A stretch of 64,000 bases of DNA from a virus. How positions within the stretch are numbered: the first letter of the stretch is position 1; every line of letters begins with the position of its first letter. Where the stretch lies: positions 1 through 64,000 of the IMG/VR virus record IMGVR_UViG_3300049846_002561; one strand, 5' to 3'. The translations under genes and the position numbers were made by a program. The notes below the pieces were generated by a model. That model saw only the letters and a program-made list of their open reading frames with translations, was not told where the DNA came from and did no database searches. Below, one piece after another: positions 1-6,888 of the stretch.

Positions 1-73
1 GCGAAGTTGCCCTTGCAGATACTTCAAATTAAGCACAAAGTTGATGGGCAATTTTGCAAATACCTTGTTACCT
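1..73. repeat. attC-like hairpin site 0, truncated by the window start
   Basis: Arm GCGAAGTTGCCC (1-12) pairs imperfectly with GGGCAATTTTGC (46-57), followed by GTT at 67-69. The loop GATACTTCAAATTAAGCACAAA resembles the loop of the 1122-1215 site. Confidence 0.65.
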
Positions 74-140
74 GCTGGTGCGGTTTATTTAGCAGGATTT
101 TGATTTGAAAACGAAAAGAAAATTTAAAAAGTTTTAGAGT

Positions 141-848
141 ATGAAATATATGGGAAGTAAAAATCGGATAGCAAATGAAATACTACCAATAATGTTAAAA
201 GAACGAGGGCAAAGAACTTGGGTTGAACCTTTTGTTGGCGGTGGAAATATGATTGATAAGGTGGAAGGCAAAAGAATAGGTGCAGACATTAACCACTATT
301 TAATTGATGCTTTAATTGCCATTAGAGATTGTGTGTCGGACTTGCCAAAAAACAACAAAGAATTTACTGAAGAAGATTATAAGTCTTTAAGAAAAAGTGA
401 TGATTATAAATACAAAGGTTATGCAGGATTTGCGTTTTCTTATAGTGGTAAGTGGCTTGGCGGATGGCGTAGAGATGGTAAAAACAAACGTGATTATGTA
501 AACGAAGCATATAAAAACGCAGTAAATCAAAGCCCACTATTGCAAGGTGTGAGATTAGTAAATGAAAGTTATTTGGATTTACAAGTGCCTGATAACAGCT
601 TGATTTATTGCGACCCACCTTATGAGGGAACAACCAAATATAAAGACGACTTTAATCACGTTGTTTTTTGGCAATGGTGCAGAGATATGGCAAGTAAAGG
701 ACATATCATATTTGTATCTGAATATAATGCACCTAATGATTTTGAGTGCGTTTGGCAAAAGGAAATAGTAAGTTCTTTGACCCAAGATACAGGTAGTAAG
801 AAAGCGGTGGAAAAACTTTTTAAATTTTCTCCCACAAATGTTCAATAG
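141..848 (+). CDS. DNA N6-adenine methyltransferase (Dam/D12 class), cassette 1
   Basis: N-terminal KYMGSK, SAM-binding EPFVGGG and catalytic YCDPPY. Confidence 0.9.
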   Translation: MKYMGSKNRIANEILPIMLKERGQRTWVEPFVGGGNMIDKVEGKRIGADINHYLIDALIAIRDCVSDLPKNNKEFTEEDYKSLRKSDDYKYKGYAGFAFSYSGKWLGGWRRDGKNKRDYVNEAYKNAVNQSPLLQGVRLVNESYLDLQVPDNSLIYCDPPYEGTTKYKDDFNHVVFWQWCRDMASKGHIIFVSEYNAPNDFECVWQKEIVSSLTQDTGSKKAVEKLFKFSPTNVQ

Positions 849-869
849 TAGCAGTATCGTAGCACTTGC

Positions 870-924
870 AGGTAACGACCGACAATTTGAGCCGTTTTCA
901 ATGGCTTCAAATTGTATGTTATGC
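870..924. repeat. attC-like hairpin site 1 (55 bp)
   Basis: AGGTAAC - GACCG - ACAATTTGAGCC...GGCTTCAAATTGT (one extra unpaired base) - AT - GTTATGC, lying just after the methylase stop. Confidence 0.75.
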
Positions 925-989
925 TTAGTTTTTTGAACGATTTGTCGAACTAAGAAAATTTTTACGGAATAGACATTAAAACCAATAAT

Positions 990-1121
990 ATGACAACAAT
1001 AGAAAAAGCAAAACAACTGACTAACGAAGGTCATAAAATTTTCGTAATCGAAGCTAACGCAATTTGGTATCACGACAAATTTGATGGTAAATTGAGGTGT
1101 ATTTATCTCTCAAAAAATTGA
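990..1121 (+). CDS. 43-aa hypothetical protein, cassette 2 (not in the ORF track)
   Basis: MTTIEKAKQLTNEGHKIFVIEANAIWYHDKFDGKLRCIYLSKN; A-rich leader; stop lies directly before the GCATAAC box. Confidence 0.6.
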   Translation: MTTIEKAKQLTNEGHKIFVIEANAIWYHDKFDGKLRCIYLSKN

Positions 1122-1215
1122 GCATAACGTTTTCGGGCTTGGCGAAGTGCCGCTACTCGAAACTTAAAATTTAGCACTAACTGTCCTGCGGCATTTTGCC
1201 AAACCCGTGTTATGG
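1122..1215. repeat. attC-like hairpin site 2 (94 bp)
   Basis: GCATAAC - GTTTT - arm 1134-1153 pairing 17/20 with arm 1188-1207 - T - GTTATGG. Confidence 0.8.
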
Positions 1216-1264
1216 GATAGTTTTAAAAACCTTTTAGGGTGGGCATTAAAAAACGATAAATAAA

Positions 1265-1960
1265 ATGAGAATAATAGCATTAGGAGATACACATGGCAGA
1301 ACTGATTGGAAACAAATTACTGCCAATGAAAAATTTGACAAGGTTGTTTTTATAGGCGACTATTTTGATACACATGAAGATATTTCGCCTGAACAACAAA
1401 AGGAAAACTTCAAGGATATTGTCGCTTATAAAAAAGCGAATATGGATAAGGTTGTGTTACTATTTGGCAACCACGATTTCCATTATTTAAGAAGCGTAAA
1501 TGAAACTTATAGCGGTTATCAGCAATGGCAAAAAACAGATATACAGGAATTGTTGCATCCTGCTATTGATGCAGAATTATTACAGATGTGTTTTGTTTGG
1601 CAGAATATGCTTTTTTGCCACGCTGGGGTAACGCAAACTTGGTGCGACAACAACCTTGTGCAAAAACAATTTATTGAGCAATCAATTAACGACCTTTTTA
1701 AATTTAAACCAAATTCGTTCAGATTTACAAGTGGCAGAAATCACAGCCCTTACGGAGATGATGTTGAGCAATCACCAATTTGGGTAAGACCAAACAGTTT
1801 GTTAAGGGATAGAATTGAAGGATTTGTTCAAGTAGTTGGACATACTACTCAAAACAAATTAGTGATTACCGATGATGTGATTTTGATTGATACGCTTGGA
1901 ACATCTGGGGAGTATTTAATTTGGGATAACTTTCAACTGAGCGTGGGGGAAGGTTTTTAA
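1265..1960 (+). CDS. Calcineurin-like metallophosphoesterase, cassette 3
   Basis: GDTHG, GDYFD, GNHD, HAG and GHT motifs in canonical order. Confidence 0.9.
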   Translation: MRIIALGDTHGRTDWKQITANEKFDKVVFIGDYFDTHEDISPEQQKENFKDIVAYKKANMDKVVLLFGNHDFHYLRSVNETYSGYQQWQKTDIQELLHPAIDAELLQMCFVWQNMLFCHAGVTQTWCDNNLVQKQFIEQSINDLFKFKPNSFRFTSGRNHSPYGDDVEQSPIWVRPNSLLRDRIEGFVQVVGHTTQNKLVITDDVILIDTLGTSGEYLIWDNFQLSVGEGF

Positions 1961-2009
1961 AATTTCCCATAACTACTGTATACCCGCCATACCTCAAATT
2001 CAATAAGAT

Positions 2010-2261
2010 ATGAATACAGATGTAACCAACTTTGAACATTCGAATGTAGATCTCTTCAAAAAGACGTACAATGAGATCCTCAAGACTTGCATTGAAACAA
2101 GGAAGGAAGCAGGGTTCACTCAGGAGTTCATGGCTGACTGGCTGAATACAACAAGACGATCAATCATAGACTTGGAGTCCGGAAAGATAAAAGTAGGACT
2201 TCTTCTGAACTACGCTGATAAATTGAGCATACGAGTAAAGGTGAAATTTGAAATATATTAA
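2010..2261 (+). CDS. XRE/Cro-family helix-turn-helix regulator
   Basis: RKEAGFTQEFMADWLNTTRRSIIDLESG matches the HTH_3 pattern. Confidence 0.8.
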   Translation: MNTDVTNFEHSNVDLFKKTYNEILKTCIETRKEAGFTQEFMADWLNTTRRSIIDLESGKIKVGLLLNYADKLSIRVKVKFEIY

Positions 2262-2276
2262 CATAAACAAAACAAC

Positions 2277-2873
2277 ATGAACGAATCGAATAAAATGAGT
2301 GCGGAGGAAAAAACCGAATTTGATAGAAAACAATTTAAGAAGTTAACACTTCCAGTTCTTTACAAACTCGGAGAGGGAGTGTCTGCTGTAAAATTTATAA
2401 CACCGAGTGGTACGGACTATACAGAGTATGTTGCCGACCAGCTTTATAATTCCATTGAAAGCTTTTTAATCTCCCTCCAAAAGCAGATTGAGGAGAGGGA
2501 TGAAGTTATTAAACATTACGAAAAAACCATTTTAAATCAAAGCGAAACACATTCTTCTTTATGGAAAGATTTCGACTCCTTAAAAGAAGTTATTTCACAA
2601 AAAAATAAAGAGATCGAGGATCTGAAATTTCATAAATCAGTGTATATGGCAAATAACTTTGTCCATGATTATATTGTGAATTGTGAAAAATCACAGAAAA
2701 AAATAGAAGAGCTTGATAATGAAATGGCATCGTTAAAATCCCAACTCTCACAGAAGGATGAGATGCTTGAGAGGATGGCTGATTGGCTGAGTAGGTACAA
2801 GGTGATAATGCCTGAAAGCCAAGAGGAGCAAGTAGACAAACTTTTAACCCAATACAAAAACAGTAAGAAATGA
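2277..2873 (+). CDS. Hypothetical coiled-coil protein
   Basis: 198-aa ORF rich in E/K/L heptads; A-rich leader. Confidence 0.6.
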   Translation: MNESNKMSAEEKTEFDRKQFKKLTLPVLYKLGEGVSAVKFITPSGTDYTEYVADQLYNSIESFLISLQKQIEERDEVIKHYEKTILNQSETHSSLWKDFDSLKEVISQKNKEIEDLKFHKSVYMANNFVHDYIVNCEKSQKKIEELDNEMASLKSQLSQKDEMLERMADWLSRYKVIMPESQEEQVDKLLTQYKNSKK

Positions 2874-3016
2874 TAAAAATTCAGGACGGAAAGGGCAATT
2901 TTTTGCGAGAAGAATCTATATTGGCAACAATAAAGCAATTCCTGTGTATTCATAAATGGATGCCAGTTGGATTTACTTACGAGTGTCCTAAATGTATGTC
3001 AGTAAAAAAACAGTAA
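2870..3016 (+). CDS. 48-aa hypothetical protein with possible Zn ribbon (not in the ORF track)
   Basis: MIKIQDGKGNFLREESILATIKQFLCIHKWMPVGFTYECPKCMSVKKQ; ATGA overlap with the upstream stop; CxH...CxxC. Confidence 0.55.
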   Translation: MIKIQDGKGNFLREESILATIKQFLCIHKWMPVGFTYECPKCMSVKKQ

Positions 3017-3019
3017 GAA

Positions 3020-3172
3020 ATGACCTTAAAGGATGTAGTATTTTTGATTGCCGGTGTGGCAATTCTTCTTATAGCCCTGCGGGCGATCATGTCGTCCAAC
3101 GATCAACAGGCGGAAGACCTAGGCCCACGCCCCGGCCCACCACCAGATAACGAAATAAAAGACAAGAAATGA
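3020..3172 (+). CDS. 50-aa single-pass membrane protein (not in the ORF track)
   Basis: MTLKDVVFLIAGVAILLIALRAIM followed by a Pro-rich tail; ATGA overlap with the next gene. Confidence 0.55.
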   Translation: MTLKDVVFLIAGVAILLIALRAIMSSNDQQAEDLGPRPGPPPDNEIKDKK

Positions 3173-3408
3173 AAGTAGCAAGGATAAAGGCCGGTATCTC
3201 CATCTCCGGGGACCTGGTAAATTTTGATGCACGCGCCCTCAAGCCCTCCGCCCAAAGGGTGCTCTATGCCGGTAAGATCGGGCCATACGACATTACCAAT
3301 GATCACGTAATGAGCGAGTACAGGAAGGCCCTAAAGAAAAAGCAAGACATGGGATACCACATCGTATTCCTACACAACAATGCACGTAAGCTAGTACTCA
3401 TAAGATGA
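3169..3408 (+). CDS. Hypothetical protein
   Basis: 79-aa ORF coupled by ATGA overlaps on both sides. Confidence 0.55.
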   Translation: MKVARIKAGISISGDLVNFDARALKPSAQRVLYAGKIGPYDITNDHVMSEYRKALKKKQDMGYHIVFLHNNARKLVLIR

Positions 3409-3599
3409 TAAAAGATCCAGTGACAATAACCGTCATGAACTCCTACAGCCTCAAGGACTGGTCCCGCGCCGTGGCCCTCTCCTGCATAAAGGATAACCCC
3501 GACTCCACCATGACGGAGATCTCCCAAAGGCTGGGAATAAACCCAAGAACACTACGGTCATTAACGAAAAAAAAGAATGAACGCAACAATAGAAAGTAA
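3405..3599 (+). CDS. Small HTH DNA-binding protein
   Basis: IKDNPDSTMTEISQRLGINPRTLRSL is HTH-like. Confidence 0.6.
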   Translation: MIKDPVTITVMNSYSLKDWSRAVALSCIKDNPDSTMTEISQRLGINPRTLRSLTKKKNERNNRK

Positions 3600-3762
3600 G
3601 CTGTCCTCAATAATGGACAACATCTCCAAAATAAAGGAAATCAACTCCGTAGAGTTCTTCCGCCTGGAAGCCGCCCTGGAAAAATGGAACAAAGAAAACC
3701 CATCCCCACAGTACGATAAGGCCACGGAAATAATTAGCGCGCTGAAAGCAAAAAATTGCTAA
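3577..3762 (+). CDS. Hypothetical protein
   Basis: 61-aa ORF continuing the small-gene run. Confidence 0.5.
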   Translation: MNATIESKLSSIMDNISKIKEINSVEFFRLEAALEKWNKENPSPQYDKATEIISALKAKNC

Positions 3763-3771
3763 CTTTAGGGC

Positions 3772-6678
3772 GTGGTAGAGAATCCATATTGGTTCCCGCA
3801 AGGGGGGTCCGGGGGATCCGGAAGCGTAACGTCAGCGAACTTCGTTTCACTGCAGGCAAAGGTAGACGCCGTAAGCAACGCCGTCTCCATCGTGTCCGCC
3901 GCAACTGCCTCCGTAGACGCTAGGATAGATTCCGTTTCCAACGCCGTATCCACGGAAGTCGCAAGTCGCACGAGCGCCGATAATGCCCTTAGCGCAGCGA
4001 TCGCCGCCCTGAGCAACTCCCTCTCTTTAGTACACGATGGACTAATACTCAACGAAGTGTCCGCGGACACCTCAGCAGCACCAACGAGTGCCGTAAAAAT
4101 ATACGCCACCGACGAAAATGGAATATCACGGACATTCATCGTCGATGCAGACGGAAGACGAATACAAATATCCAGAGATCAAACGCTCGTAGTCCGAAAC
4201 GGAAACGCAGGCAACATCGTGGCTGGACAAGCCGTATACCTGGCAAGCGCAACAGGTGGATTCATAAAGGTAGACCTCGCCAAGGCAGACTCCCTTTCCG
4301 CCATGGCCGCCATCGGCATAGTGCGCGATGCCGTGATCTCCGCAAATGCCTTCGGTGTTATAATAACAGAAGGTGTACTCAGCATCAATACCGCAACATA
4401 CACGGATGGCGATAAACTATACGTGGATACCTCCTCAGCAGGGGGGCTCACAAACGTAAAGCCCACATACCCAAACTACCCACAGCAAGTAGGAACGGTA
4501 ATGAACGCCGGAGTAAACGGAGGCCTGTTCGTACACATAGAGGAGGTCGATATCCTAGACAACATCTCCGCCCTAAGCAACTCTATAAGCGTACTCAACC
4601 AACAAGTGTCAGCGCTGTCAGCAAGGGTGGACGCCAACTCCGCGCAAATGGCATCGGCCAACGACGCTATAAGCAACGCCGTGTCGATCGTTTCCGTTGC
4701 CGCCGCCAATGCTCTATCAAATGTCAACGCCGTAAGCCAGGCTCTATCCGTGGAAACAGCAAGTAGGGTCTCAGCAGTCAATATAGTAAGTAATGCGGTT
4801 TCTATTGTCAGTGTAGCAGCTGCCAATGCCCTCTCCGTAGCGAACGCAGCATCGAACGCCGTGAGCGTGGAAACAGCTAACCGGATAAGTGCCGTAAATG
4901 TAGTTTCTAATTCACTGAGCGTAGAAATAGCCAACAGGATAAGTGCCGTTAACGCTGTGTCAAACGCCGTTTCCATTGTTTCTGTAGTGGCAGCTAATGC
5001 CACTAGCATTGCTAATGCCGCTAGCAATGCAGCGTCTATTGTAAGTGCGGCAGTCGTTTCTGTAAGCGCTGCCCTTGAAAGTCATATTAACACGGTTTCA
5101 AATGCCGTATCGCTAGTGTCTGTCGTCGCTGCAAACGCCCTTTCGGTGGCTAACGCGGCTTCTAACGCAGCATCGGTAGTAAGTGCCGCCCAGGCTGCCA
5201 CAAGCGCCGCCGTAACGTCAGTGAACAATAGGATATCAGCGGTAAGCACAGACCTTACGTCTTTTAAAGCCTCCCTAGACAATTTCGGAGATGTCTCCGC
5301 TACCGGAGCAACAAGCGGACAGGTACTTACCTTTATCAGTGGGCAGTGGACAGCCCAAACACCAACCGCCGGGTCTGGATCGGTAACTTCAGCGGAACTA
5401 AGCGCCGCCGTGGCCGCACTCTCCAACTCTATAAGCGTAGTGAGTGCCGCCACCGCACTTAAAAATCCAATCGTCACCGTTCAGGAAGAAGGCTCTAATG
5501 TCGCAAGTAGCCCAACAATCATTAACTTCAGGGGTCCCGGAGTAAGCGTAAAAACAAGCGCCGGCGTAGTGATCGTAAGCGTAGCAACGGGCGGAGGCGG
5601 CGGATCCGTTACCTCGGCCAACTTCGCCTCCCTACAAAGTGTAGTGCAGGCAAATAGCGCGCAGATGACATCCGCAGACAATGCGATAAGTAATGCCGTC
5701 TCCATCGTCAGCGTCGCCCAGGCCGCCACATCCGCGGCAGTGACAAGCGTAAATAACAGGGTGTCCGCAATAAGCACAGACGTTACATCTATTCATGACA
5801 CCCTTAGCGATGTTGTATCTGACCTAGCCGTTTTGTCTGTAAATGTTTCCGCGTTATCCACGCGCTTATCAGCATTATCATCTCAGGTAAATACAAATTC
5901 GGCGCAGATGACCTCCGCAGACAACGCAATAAGCAACGCCGTGAGCGTTCTGTCAGTGGTCGTTTCAAATGAGATCTCCGCCAGGACTGCCGCGAGCGCC
6001 GCGCTAGAATCTCACATCAATACCGTATCAAACGCCGTGAGCGTGCTCAGTGCCGCCTTTAGCAATCAGCTGTCTATAATATCTGTTGCCATTGACGGTT
6101 TAAGCAACAGGGTATCCGTTCTCTCCGTTAACGTTGACACGTTAAGCAATAACGTTTCCGCACTAAGCGCGGCCATTGTCGTTCTGTCAAACCAAGTGTC
6201 TGCCGCTGGAGGTTTTCAACAGAAAGTGGTTCAGGGAACTCAGTCTATATCAACTTCGGCACTCACTCAGATAAGCGGACTTAGCGTGTCTGTAGCTGCT
6301 AATGGAGCATACAAGATAGAGGCATACTTGATTTACAACGTATCTGCTATATCAGCTTCCGGATATAACCTTGCCCTCGTTGCTTCCGGATTAACTCAAC
6401 AAACGGCGAATGGAAATTGGCAATTTACCTCAGCGCAACCTGTATCAACGGGCGGAACAGCCATTGCCCTAGTAAATCAACCATTCAACGGACTTAGTGG
6501 CGCTGCCATTTCCGTAACTTCTGCCGGAACAGCTCAACTAACATTTTCAAAGCTAGAAGCCATAGTGGTCGCAAGTACAACGGGTGGAACGCTCGTTATA
6601 CAAGGAAAGACAACGGTTGCATCAAACTCCCTCTACATATACAAGGGATCCTACATTAAAGCCTTCAAAATAATTTAA
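3772..6678 (+). CDS. Ser/Ala/Val/Asn-rich repetitive fibre or adhesin-like protein, probably a virion appendage
   Basis: 968 aa; many SNAVSIVSVAAANA repeats; repeated GSVTSA linkers; beta domain with AGQAVYL...AIGIV...GDKLYV typical of phage fibre/cement modules; beta-rich C-terminal head. Confidence 0.7.
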   Translation: MVENPYWFPQGGSGGSGSVTSANFVSLQAKVDAVSNAVSIVSAATASVDARIDSVSNAVSTEVASRTSADNALSAAIAALSNSLSLVHDGLILNEVSADTSAAPTSAVKIYATDENGISRTFIVDADGRRIQISRDQTLVVRNGNAGNIVAGQAVYLASATGGFIKVDLAKADSLSAMAAIGIVRDAVISANAFGVIITEGVLSINTATYTDGDKLYVDTSSAGGLTNVKPTYPNYPQQVGTVMNAGVNGGLFVHIEEVDILDNISALSNSISVLNQQVSALSARVDANSAQMASANDAISNAVSIVSVAAANALSNVNAVSQALSVETASRVSAVNIVSNAVSIVSVAAANALSVANAASNAVSVETANRISAVNVVSNSLSVEIANRISAVNAVSNAVSIVSVVAANATSIANAASNAASIVSAAVVSVSAALESHINTVSNAVSLVSVVAANALSVANAASNAASVVSAAQAATSAAVTSVNNRISAVSTDLTSFKASLDNFGDVSATGATSGQVLTFISGQWTAQTPTAGSGSVTSAELSAAVAALSNSISVVSAATALKNPIVTVQEEGSNVASSPTIINFRGPGVSVKTSAGVVIVSVATGGGGGSVTSANFASLQSVVQANSAQMTSADNAISNAVSIVSVAQAATSAAVTSVNNRVSAISTDVTSIHDTLSDVVSDLAVLSVNVSALSTRLSALSSQVNTNSAQMTSADNAISNAVSVLSVVVSNEISARTAASAALESHINTVSNAVSVLSAAFSNQLSIISVAIDGLSNRVSVLSVNVDTLSNNVSALSAAIVVLSNQVSAAGGFQQKVVQGTQSISTSALTQISGLSVSVAANGAYKIEAYLIYNVSAISASGYNLALVASGLTQQTANGNWQFTSAQPVSTGGTAIALVNQPFNGLSGAAISVTSAGTAQLTFSKLEAIVVASTTGGTLVIQGKTTVASNSLYIYKGSYIKAFKII

Positions 6679-6710
6679 TTTGCTTGTTTAAAGTTTAGTG
6701 CCTATATTTG
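6679..6710 (+). promoter_or_regulatory. Bacteroidota sigma-70 promoter (-33/-7)
   Basis: TTTG (6679-6682), 20-nt spacer, TATATTTG (6703-6710). Confidence 0.75.
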
Positions 6711-6717
6711 TCATCAA

Positions 6718-6888
6718 ATGGCAAAAGTAGGCAAAAAAGATCTTCGCATCGTAGACCCTCCTGACGACGTTTGGAATTACGTTATTGCTAGATCTAAGAA
6801 GAGTCTTAGATCTCTACCAAATGAATTAATAATCATAATCAGAGAACATCAAGAGCAAGAATGGAAGAAAAAGAAAAGAAGCACCTGA
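6718..6888 (+). CDS. Arc/MetJ-like ribbon-helix-helix DNA-binding protein (not in the ORF track)
   Basis: MAKVGKKDLRIVDPPDDVWNYVIARSKKSLRSLPNELIIIIRE resembles the Arc LR.P......A....RS...E....I pattern. Confidence 0.6.
   Translation: MAKVGKKDLRIVDPPDDVWNYVIARSKKSLRSLPNELIIIIREHQEQEWKKKKRST

Noticed and set aside
579-1073. 164-aa minus-strand ORF, also 364-633
   Set aside because: Antisense to the methylase and crosses an attC-like site; a shadow ORF.
1-1215. Interpreting the hairpins as CRISPR repeats, IS ends or plain terminators
   Set aside because: They are not identical repeats, they enclose whole genes, no transposase is present, and they share AAC/GTT boundaries instead of a U-tract directly after the stem.
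3765-5777. Several long minus-strand ORFs opposite the fibre gene
   Set aside because: Expected shadows of a biased, repetitive coding strand with few antisense stops; the same applies to 27070-27759 and 56749-57315.
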